Shown one piece after another: positions 29,006-36,800 of a DNA stretch of 64,000 bases. Within the stretch, counting starts at the first letter, position 1. Each line of letters opens with the position of its first letter. The notes below the pieces were generated by a model. That model was not told where the DNA came from, searched no databases, and was given only the letters and a program-made list of their open reading frames with translations. The position numbers were made by a program, and so were the translations under genes. Origin of the DNA: a virus; IMG/VR virus record IMGVR_UViG_3300017963_000203, positions 66,895 to 130,894 of that record. One strand, written 5' to 3'.

Positions 29006-29359
29006 ATGGCCACCATCGAGATTCACGAGCCCATGATCATCACGGCGCGTCTTCTACCCGGAGTGAGAATCGAGGACGCATTCATTTCGGTCGAGCCCAC
29101 CGGAAACCGGGGTGAGTACGGGAAACCCGTCTGGCGCTGGTTCATCGACCTCCCTGACGGCGAATTCAAGGGAGACGACCTGGCCGGCTGGGGCGACCAC
29201 AAGGCCATGATGGAGACGCTCCTTGCCTTCCTCGAAGCCGCCGCAGAGTCATACCCCGACGGCGAAAATGCTGACCTGTTCCCGGCTCCCGTCGTGGCGT
29301 GGGCCCACCAGAACTCGGACGAGATCTCAATCTTGCGCATGGAGCTGGAAGGAGAGTGA
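29006..29359 (+). CDS. hypothetical protein
   Basis: AAGGAG RBS. Confidence 0.7.
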   Translation: MATIEIHEPMIITARLLPGVRIEDAFISVEPTGNRGEYGKPVWRWFIDLPDGEFKGDDLAGWGDHKAMMETLLAFLEAAAESYPDGENADLFPAPVVAWAHQNSDEISILRMELEGE

Positions 29360-29724
29360 TGAGCCGTTATCTCAGATCGATCCAGGAAGAATACGACGAA
29401 CACGGAAACTACAGGCCCGGAAGCTCTCGAGAGGGCGACATCTTCCACGGAATCATCGAACGACCGAAACCGAAGCGCTGCCATCCTGGAGCCAAGGGGC
29501 CATGCTCTATGGGTCTCGAGACTCTCGAGAAAATCTCGGACGAAAGGAGGCCACTTGGAGAGAATGGCTTCATACGCACCGAGACCTCCAGGATGCGGTG
29601 CTTCTGCGGTCAAATCTGGATCTGCCGACTGATCACGGTCGTGAATCAGTTTGGCACTCTCCCGCCAACCCCTATCTGGGAGATAGAACGAAAAACATCA
29701 TCGGTCGTGGCAGGAGAAAGGTGA
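29359..29724 (+). CDS. hypothetical protein
   Basis: TGATG coupling. Confidence 0.55.
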   Translation: MSRYLRSIQEEYDEHGNYRPGSSREGDIFHGIIERPKPKRCHPGAKGPCSMGLETLEKISDERRPLGENGFIRTETSRMRCFCGQIWICRLITVVNQFGTLPPTPIWEIERKTSSVVAGER

Positions 29725-29746
29725 GAGCACTACTTCGGAGGATGAC

Positions 29747-29956
29747 ATGCCCAATGAGGAGTTTGGAGACGTGGAGCGGCGGTGTCCGCACTGCAAGAGG
29801 AAGATCTTCGTGCCCGAGCCCATAGGCGGTTTCGCTCGCTTCGCGTGTGCGCACTGCCAGCGGAGCATCACGGTGTGCCTCGTCGTGAGGAGGTGCCCTC
29901 ACTGTAATAAGGAGATCGGGAGCCACGTTGCTGTGCGAAAGGGGGCGTTGCTATGA
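29747..29956 (+). CDS. small zinc-ribbon protein
   Basis: RRCPHC (x2), CAHC. Confidence 0.6.
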   Translation: MPNEEFGDVERRCPHCKRKIFVPEPIGGFARFACAHCQRSITVCLVVRRCPHCNKEIGSHVAVRKGALL

Positions 29957-30252
29957 CCAGATGCAAGCACACCTGCCCGAGATGTGACGGAAAAGGATCT
30001 ATCGCAGGGTTCGGGTGTGGCCCGACCGCCTGCATGAAGCCCATCGTGATGCCCTGCCGGTTGTGCAACCAGACCGGTGAGATCGACGACGAAAAGATCG
30101 ACTGGATCCGACGCGGCCGCATCATGCGGCAAAAACGCGTGCACGGGAGGGTCTACAAGACCATTCGAACCGCTGCCGAGGAGCGCGGTATCAGTGTGGC
30201 GGACTACTCGAGGATGGAGGCCGGCATCATCGAACCGGACAAGGAGGACTGA
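29953..30252 (+). CDS. DnaJ-like zinc finger plus HTH-like protein
   Basis: CPRCDGKG, CRLCNQTG, then TIRTAAEERGISVADYSRMEAG. Confidence 0.6.
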   Translation: MTRCKHTCPRCDGKGSIAGFGCGPTACMKPIVMPCRLCNQTGEIDDEKIDWIRRGRIMRQKRVHGRVYKTIRTAAEERGISVADYSRMEAGIIEPDKED

Positions 30253-30254
30253 CC

Positions 30255-30512
30255 ATGCGGTTCAAGTTTTCAGACCCAGCGGGAACGATCAAGAAGGTCC
30301 GCAGGGCCACTCCCGAAGAATGGAAGAACGTCGTCGAGGGCGAGGTCCGCTACGGAGGAATCGTCGAGGAAGAGTGGGCCGATATCGTTCCCGAGGACCG
30401 AGACGGCGACGTCACGATCATGGTGACGACCAAGGGCAAGTATTACGTCGTCTCCCAGAACTACGAGGGCCACGGCATGCTCTCGATCGTGGAGGAGGTG
30501 CCCGGATCATGA
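30255..30512 (+). CDS. hypothetical protein
   Basis: GGAGG RBS. Confidence 0.6.
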   Translation: MRFKFSDPAGTIKKVRRATPEEWKNVVEGEVRYGGIVEEEWADIVPEDRDGDVTIMVTTKGKYYVVSQNYEGHGMLSIVEEVPGS

Positions 30513-30862
30513 GCGAATGGCTCGGAAAAGGCTGCAAATACCAGTGCTGCCAGTGGGAGGAGAACGAGGAGACAGGAGGGCCTAACTACAAGGACAACCT
30601 GCCGACCCTGATCTTCTGCAACCACCCAGAAAACCCGGAGGACACGGAGGGGAACTGCACAGGAGAGAATTGTCCGTTGCCCGAAGGGCCGAACGTGCTC
30701 GTACTCGTGATGGACGGATCCGACCACACCGACTACGAGACGACAGGGTGCTGCTCCCAATTCGGCCGGCGATGCAATTCGTGCGGAGGCTGGATGCACT
30801 ACCAGCCGATCTACGGGGGATACTACTACCAGTGCGAGACATGCAAGAAGACCGACGTATGA
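30509..30862 (+). CDS. hypothetical Cys-rich protein
   Basis: ATGA overlap; many Cys. Confidence 0.55.
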   Translation: MSEWLGKGCKYQCCQWEENEETGGPNYKDNLPTLIFCNHPENPEDTEGNCTGENCPLPEGPNVLVLVMDGSDHTDYETTGCCSQFGRRCNSCGGWMHYQPIYGGYYYQCETCKKTDV

Positions 30863-30869
30863 GGTGGAC

Positions 30870-31760
30870 ATGCCTGAAATCTGCTACAAGCCAAAGAAAT
30901 TTGGGAAGAAAAAACTGGCCATCATCAACCTCGCCCGACAATTCGTTGCCGACTACCAGGCACAGGGTTTCGATCTCACCATCCGTCAGCTCTTCTACAA
31001 GTTCGTCTCCGAAGGCCTCCTGCCCAATACGGAACGGACCTACAAGAACCTGATCGTCACGGTGTCGGAGGCCCGCATGGCCGGCCTTCTCGATTGGGAC
31101 GCGATCGTAGATCGTACCCGAAAGAAGGAGGGTCAGACGCACTGGAGCAGTCCGAAGGACATCGTGGATGCGGCCGTGCAGAGCTACCGCATCGACAAGT
31201 GGGGTAACCAGCCGATCCGCATCGAAGTGTGGGTGGAGAAACGCGCACTCATCGAGGTCGTTGGAAGCGCAGCCTATCCACTCGACGTGGACTACTTCTC
31301 CTGCAATGGGTACACAAGCCAAAGTGCAATGTGGCGCGCTGCCCGAAGGCTCCGTGAGCACGAAGACGCCGGCCAGGAAACCGTCGTCCTTCACCTCGGT
31401 GACCACGACCCGTCGGGCGTCGACATGAGTCGAGACATCCAGGAACGCCTGTGGCTGTTCGGCTCCGATGCAAGTGTCCGGCGCATCGCTCTGACCATCG
31501 ACCAGGTCAACGCGCTGAACCCGCCGCCCAACCCGACCAAGGCCACGGACTCCAGAGCCGACAGTTACGTGGCTATGTACGGACATGAGTGCTGGGAACT
31601 CGATGCGCTCGAACCGAAATACATCGTTGACCTGGTCACCCAAGAAATCTTGAAACTACGCGATCCGGCCCTGTGGGACAAAGCCGTCGACCACGAGAAC
31701 CACGAAATCGGAATTCTCGAAGAAGCGGCAAAGATCATCGAAAGGAAATTGGAGGAGTAG
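30870..31760 (+). CDS. TopoVI-A/Spo11-like TOPRIM domain protein
   Basis: Winged-helix-like LTIRQLFY; TOPRIM VWVEK, GY.S, LGDHDPSG; ELDAL. Confidence 0.75.
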   Translation: MPEICYKPKKFGKKKLAIINLARQFVADYQAQGFDLTIRQLFYKFVSEGLLPNTERTYKNLIVTVSEARMAGLLDWDAIVDRTRKKEGQTHWSSPKDIVDAAVQSYRIDKWGNQPIRIEVWVEKRALIEVVGSAAYPLDVDYFSCNGYTSQSAMWRAARRLREHEDAGQETVVLHLGDHDPSGVDMSRDIQERLWLFGSDASVRRIALTIDQVNALNPPPNPTKATDSRADSYVAMYGHECWELDALEPKYIVDLVTQEILKLRDPALWDKAVDHENHEIGILEEAAKIIERKLEE

Positions 31761-31762
31761 CG

Positions 31763-32074
31763 ATGGCAATGAAAAAGGCCCCTGGACCCGAGCCCGAGAA
31801 GGTGGCGTCCGAAATCGAGAAGCTCAAGGAAATGGCCCCGAAGATCCGGCAGACGGACGCGTTCGGGGGTGACAACCGAGCCAAGATCGACGCCCAGATC
31901 CAGGTCCTCGAGGAAGAGATGGACGAGGACGACATCTACGACGAGTGGAACGACGACGAGGACCCCGACAGCACCTACGACATCGTCTCGTGTGCGCGGG
32001 ACGCGATGGAGTGGCGCGACGGCGACCGCAAGGAGAGTCCCTCCAGCGAGTGGAAGAACCTGGTTCAGGAGTAG
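31763..32074 (+). CDS. hypothetical acidic protein
   Basis: GGAGGAG RBS. Confidence 0.7.
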   Translation: MAMKKAPGPEPEKVASEIEKLKEMAPKIRQTDAFGGDNRAKIDAQIQVLEEEMDEDDIYDEWNDDEDPDSTYDIVSCARDAMEWRDGDRKESPSSEWKNLVQE

Positions 32075-32080
32075 CCAGAT

Positions 32081-32103
32081 GAGGGCCGAAAGGCTCTCAT
32101 TTT
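32081..32103 (+). terminator. GAGAGCC-family terminator variant
   Basis: GAGGGCC-gaaa-GGCTCTC-aTTTT. Confidence 0.7.
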
Positions 32104-32125
32104 ACGCCGATTTTCCGTCATGAGA
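32100..32125 (+). promoter_or_regulatory. putative phage promoter TTTTAC-N11-GTCATGAGA
   Basis: Recurring motif overlapping T-tract, upstream of AAAGGAGG RBS. Confidence 0.6.
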
Positions 32126-32146
32126 ATGATGGAAAGGAGGTGTCTC

Positions 32147-32563
32147 ATGAAGAGCACCATCGAAAGGAAGACTTCACCGAAACGTAAGGTGGAGATTCAT
32201 CACGTTCAACTCGGTAATCCGTTCGACACGAACGGAGCGCGTCTCTTCGAGGCGTTCCACGTGGCCGACGTCTTCTTCCCCAGGACCGGGCCCCGCCCCA
32301 TCTTCCTCTACAACCGCCACGGCGTTCCCTACGTCGCCCTCGGCCAGCGGTGCGCCATCGCCCCGGACTTCCCGGAGATGCAGGAGGAGGATCGCTCCTA
32401 CGGCTACTCCACCGCGTCCCTCCCCGTCGCCTACGACCCCAGCGTCGGGGGCTACGACATGGAGAAGCAGATGGGCGTCTCCAGGCGGTGGTTGAAAAAC
32501 CACTGGTGGATGGAGGAGGTGGAGCACCTCAACCCGGAACCGCTCAAGACCAACAAGCGGTGA
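32147..32563 (+). CDS. hypothetical protein
   Basis: AAAGGAGG RBS; monocistronic between terminators. Confidence 0.7.
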   Translation: MKSTIERKTSPKRKVEIHHVQLGNPFDTNGARLFEAFHVADVFFPRTGPRPIFLYNRHGVPYVALGQRCAIAPDFPEMQEEDRSYGYSTASLPVAYDPSVGGYDMEKQMGVSRRWLKNHWWMEEVEHLNPEPLKTNKR

Positions 32564-32570
32564 CCAACGA

Positions 32571-32595
32571 GAGAGCCGTGACCCGGCTCTCTTTT
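32571..32595 (+). terminator. GAGAGCC-family terminator
   Basis: GAGAGCCG-tgacc-CGGCTCTC-TTTT. Confidence 0.75.
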
Positions 32596-32648
32596 CGTTT
32601 TACGCTGATATAGCAAGTGCTATAGCACCTTTTATAAAACCTTTTATA

Positions 32649-32735
32649 TGGCGGAGGCCGGAGGGCTCGAACCTCACACCTTTCGGCGCGCGCCGGGTAG
32701 CAACCGGGCCTCAGCCCATGCCGAGTTCAGCCTCC
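32649..32735 (-). tRNA. tRNA-Ser(GCT)
   Basis: GGAGGCT/GGCCTCC acceptor, loop TTGCTAC, long variable arm, GGTTCGAGCC T-arm, G73, encoded CCA. Confidence 0.85.
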
Positions 32736-32764
32736 TTTGTTATTCATTTGTTATTCATTTGTTA
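32736..32764. repeat. 11-bp tandem repeat (TTTGTTATTCA) x~2.6
   Basis: tttgttattca-tttgttattca-tttgtta. Confidence 0.8.
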
Positions 32765-32851
32765 CCTGACACTGTTGATTTCCTCGAAAAACGCAGTGGG
32801 ACACAGACTTACGTGAAGAACACACCTGTCACCCCCGGGGGGGCGGGGGTC

Positions 32852-32942
32852 TGGCGGCGGGCGGAGGAGTCGAACCCCTGCCGCGAAGCGACCACCGGTT
32901 TTCAAGACCGGCCCCCGGGCCCAGCGCCGAGGCTCACCCGCC
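32852..32942 (-). tRNA. tRNA-Ser(TGA)
   Basis: GGCGGGT/GCCCGCC acceptor, loop CTTGAAA, variable arm, GGTTCGACTCC, G73, CCA. Confidence 0.85.
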
Positions 32943-32978
32943 ATACGCGACCGAGGGGTCAGCTTCCGGACGCCACCC

Positions 32979-33052
32979 CACCAGCAGTCGGATTTGAACC
33001 GACGACCTCAGGCTCACGTGACCTGCGCTCTACCAGACTGAGCTACACTGTT
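32979..33052 (-). tRNA. degenerate tRNA-like gene (apparent CGT/Thr anticodon)
   Basis: Canonical D-arm TAGCTCAGTCTGGTAGAGC and T-arm GTCGGTTCAAATCCGAC, but loop CACGTGA (A33), mismatched acceptor and no CCA. Confidence 0.5.
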
Positions 33053-33062
33053 CGGTCGCTGA

Positions 33063-33133
33063 GGTGACCGATCGGAGTTGAACCGACGTCTCGAGGGCCA
33101 CAACCTCGCGCTCTTCCGTTGAGCTACGGCCAC
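33063..33133 (-). tRNA. tRNA-His(GTG), no encoded G-1
   Basis: GTGGCCG/CGGTCAC acceptor, loop TTGTGGC, C73; -1 base is T; 3' trailer TCA. Confidence 0.9.
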
Positions 33134-33134
33134 A

Positions 33135-33218
33135 TGGTGCTGGAGGTGGGAGTCGAACCCACATACCCGAAGGCGCCGGGTCTGAGCCGGCTGTGTCTGC
33201 CAGTTGCACCACTCCAGC
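33135..33218 (-). tRNA. tRNA-Leu(CAG)
   Basis: GCTGGAG/CTCCAGC, loop CTCAGAC, variable arm, A73, CCA. Confidence 0.9.
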
Positions 33219-33226
33219 ATTCTTGA

Positions 33227-33308
33227 TGGCCGAGGCGGGAGTCGAACCCGCAATCCCGAAGGCACACGCCCCTCAGACGTGCGTGTATGCCAGTTCCACC
33301 ACTCGGCC
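33227..33308 (-). tRNA. tRNA-Leu(GAG)
   Basis: GGCCGAG/CTCGGCC, loop CTGAGGG, variable arm, A73, trailer TCA. Confidence 0.9.
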
Positions 33309-33311
33309 AGA

Positions 33312-33384
33312 TACGGGCGGGGGGATTCGAACCCCCATCCCCCGGGTTTGAACCGGTCGCGTCTGCCAGTTGCGCCACGCCCGC
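33312..33384 (-). tRNA. tRNA-Leu(CAA) with short variable loop
   Basis: GCGGGCG/CGCCCGT, Leu-type D-arm, loop TTCAAAC, 4-nt variable loop, A73, trailer TCT. Confidence 0.8.
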
Positions 33385-33387
33385 TGA

Positions 33388-33461
33388 TCGGGGTAGCCGG
33401 ATTCGAACCGGCGATCTCCTGCTCCCAAGGCAGGCGCCCTACCAGGCTGGGCTATACCCCG
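33388..33461 (-). tRNA. tRNA-Pro(TGG)
   Basis: CGGGGTA/TACCCCG, loop CTTGGGA, A73, trailer TCA. Confidence 0.92.
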
Positions 33462-33466
33462 ATGAA

Positions 33467-33552
33467 TGGGGTGTGGAGGAATCGAACCTCCTGGCCAGCC
33501 ACCCTGCATTAACGGCCAACGGATTTACAGTCCGCCGCAGGGAACACACCCC
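33467..33552 (-). ncRNA. tRNA-Tyr(GTA)-like RNA lacking a D-arm
   Basis: GGGGTGT/ACACCCC acceptor, 10-nt linker, GCGGA-CTGTAAA-TCCGT, 27-nt variable arm, GGAGG-TTCGATT-CCTCC. Confidence 0.75.
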
Positions 33553-33771
33553 GAAGGATCCCCAAGGGATCTTGCCGCGCGGTCAAGGGATCAGGGCAAA
33601 GAGACCGGCGGCTATAGACTCGGGTAGAGGTGTGGCGAGGGTAGGGAATGAGATGAACTGAGTAAGAGGCTCAAGATGTGAAAGCCTGCGTTCATCTATC
33701 TGCCCACACGGGTAAGAAAGGCGTCTGGAAAACCAGGCGGGATTAGAACCCGCTACGCTTCCGATGTCATC

Positions 33772-33799
33772 ATTATCTCCGTCACCCACAACGAGTCAA
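33772..33799 (-). promoter_or_regulatory. sigma70-like promoter for the tRNA array
   Basis: TTGACT-N16-GATAAT on minus strand, pointing into the array. Confidence 0.5.
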
Positions 33800-33815
33800 G
33801 GCACTTTACTCTCTT

Positions 33816-36800
33816 TTACACCAGGGTCCGACGAAGGACGTCGAACATCGGCGGCACCGTCGAAGGGGCCGTCACGCGCAACTCGATCTCTCCGGCGGCA
33901 CCGTTGGTCCACTGGACGGTCACCAATCCTGCACCGAGATCGACCACGCTGATGAGCGTGCCGTTGGTGATGGACCAGTTCGCTAAGTCCGGTACTGGCG
34001 TAGCCGGGTCGAGCTGGAGGTTGTGGGTGATGGCTGCGAACGGCGTGGTCTCGTCGGGGTACGGGTCGAACTTGTTCGTGATGTACGGCTGGCCGGCACC
34101 CTTCTCCCCCACGAAGGCCGTCGAGAGCGTCGCCAGAACGGTCAGCGTGCTGTCCAGGAGCTGAATGTCGAAGGGGAGGCCCACGTAGCCACCAGGCAGG
34201 TAGAGCGTCCCCACGATCCACTCGCTGGTCATACTCGATATAACCATCGGGATCGTCTGGGAGGACCCGATGGGAACGAGTTCGCTCGTCACGGCGCGAA
34301 CCACGGTCACGCTGTCGAAGTCCGTCCCCAGGATGGTGAAGTTCACCGTCACGTACCCCTCGACACCCGTGGGGGCAAAGGACGCAGGAACAGGAGTGAC
34401 GGACACGGCGCTGATGGTGAAGTCCGTGATGGACGGGAAACTGTTTCCACCCGGCGTATCGACGCCCAGAGTGATGGCATCGTTCGCCCCGCCTGTGACG
34501 TCTCCCACGCCCCTCCAGAAGCCGTTGGACTGGATGTCCCAGTGGTCGAGGTTGAAGTTGGAGAAGGCAGGCGTTATGGGCCCGGGTACGTTGCTATCGG
34601 GGACGAAGAGGTTCTGTCCCACGAGCTCGATGATCCTGGCGGCGCCCGTCGTCGGAGGCTTCACGACCATGTTCACCTTCGGGATCGGTTCGGCCAACAC
34701 CGTGCCGCCAATGGTGGCACTGCTCAGATCAGGCGCTGGATTGTCGAGCTGAAGCGTGAACGGATCGCCTCCGGTGTTCTGAGGAGCATCGAGCTGAATC
34801 TGAACCTCGGTGTCCGAGATGAAGACCAAGTCGTGGACCGTGACGGTGCCGGCAACGATGCCGGCGGTGATGCCTGCCCGAAAGCCGGTGCCCGTGATCC
34901 TGGCGATGATGTTGTTCCTGCCCTCGATGAGAGGCCGCGCCACGTACTCGAGCGCCGTGATGGTGATCGACGGGAAGGTGCACGTCCCGATCGGAATGAG
35001 GCCGGTGGTTCCGAGACGGTTCTTCACGACCAGGTTGAACGTATCCGCGCCCGGCCCGGCGTCCTCGAGGATCTCGTAGTCGAGCTTCAAGCCGTCGAAC
35101 GGGACGATCACCGGGTTGGTGACCACCATCTTCTCGCCGGCCTGGATGTAGGCCTCGAGGTCCTGACCGTAGAAGACGTTGCCCGGACCCGCGATGGACA
35201 GAACTCCGGTGGCCCCTGGGCTGAGATCGCCGATGGACACCACACCCGCCGGAGTGGGCTCTACGAGAATCGGCGACGTGGTTCCTTCAGCCTGCTGCGT
35301 GACGTCGAGCTGATTTTTGGTCTGAAGGACGTGAAGCCCCACGCCCGTGAGTCCCGCGGGCAGGCGCACCTTGAACTCCACATAGTCCTGCGTCCACTCG
35401 AACCCCCACATGTCTTCGTAGGGAATCGGCGTTCCGCTGATGTCCGCCTCGACGAACCGCAGCACGTTCTCTGCCAACGGCGTGTTGTAGAGCCGCACGA
35501 GGACGTCCTGGCCCTCTACAGGCTCCGTGGGCGTTCCGTCGATGGACGTTTCGATGATGGTACCCAGGAAGGGGTTGAGGTCGCCCACGATCAGGATTGG
35601 CTGCGTGACGCCGCTGTTGGACTCCATTCCCGATGGGTTGATGACCTTCGCCTTGATCGGGAAGCCCAGAGGTGATCCGATCAGGATCTGACAGGTAATC
35701 GTGGTGTCGTCCACCACGGCCACCGACGCCGGAACCACCGAATCTGGCGCGTCCACCCACACATCGGCGCCCGTGTCGAAATGGTCGCCCCGAATGGTGA
35801 CGTCCACCACGTCCGTGGTCTCGATGGCGAACGGAGGGGGAGGAGCGGCCGCAGGAGGTCCGTTCGTGACGAACGCTCCTCTGAGGTACGGGGCGAGCTC
35901 TTTCACTTCCCGGTTCGCCGTATCGCTGAAGAGGCCCGTCGGATCCTGAACCACCACGTCCAACGTGTTTCCGTAGGGCGGGTCCTGATTCGGGGTGATG
36001 ATGTCCACCTGCATCTGGTTGCTGGCGATGAGGCGCTTCCTCTCCACCACGGAGACGGTCCCCGTAACGGCCAGCTCGCCGCCCAAGGTCTTCGGGAACG
36101 GAGGGTCGTCCGTGTAATTGTCCAGGCTGATGATGAGCCGCTGACGAAGCCCCTCACCGATGTCCGTCCTGAGAACGCCGTCCCGATCGAAGATCTCGAT
36201 TCCGGTGATCGTGGGGCCGATCTGCTTCGGGCTCACGATGGGGATGTTGACCAGGCTGTTCGCCAAATCGGTGGCCTGGTAGACGCTGATGGTGGGTGTG
36301 GTGCCACCGCTGCTGTTCTCGGCCGTCTGCCCGCTCACGGTCACGCCACGGAGGTTCACCTCCACGCGGTAGTCCGAGAGCACTCCGTCCGGGTCGTTCA
36401 CTGTCCAGTCCGTGTTGACCTCAGGCGTCATGTTGTCGATGGGGATCTCGCGAATGAACTCGCTGCCTTCGTCGACATCGGTGGGACCGGTATCTCCGCT
36501 CGGCGGGAAACCCATCACTGAACAGGGCATGACCATGCCGTTCTCGAGCAGAACTCCCTGCCATGGATCGTCCACGCAGGCGATCGCCTTCGACTTGAGG
36601 CCGTCACCCAGATCCACCGGAGCCCCGATCTGTGGGCCGATCCCACCGCAGCAGAGATCGGTCGGTGGAGGGTCGAATGGAACGGGCTCGTTCCCGGGGT
36701 CCGGGTAGTTCGTGGTGTACTCTTCGAGGACGTTGGCCTTGGAGTCGATGGTCAGCCAGGCCATCTCCACGTCCCACGTAGCGCTCTCCACGACGTTCCA

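Noticed and set aside
32852-32942. Selenocysteine or opal-suppressor tRNA
   Set aside because: Anticodon reads TGA (Ser), not TCA; acceptor stem is 7 bp
32648-33789. ORFs over the tRNA region
   Set aside because: Explained by tRNA genes on the minus strand
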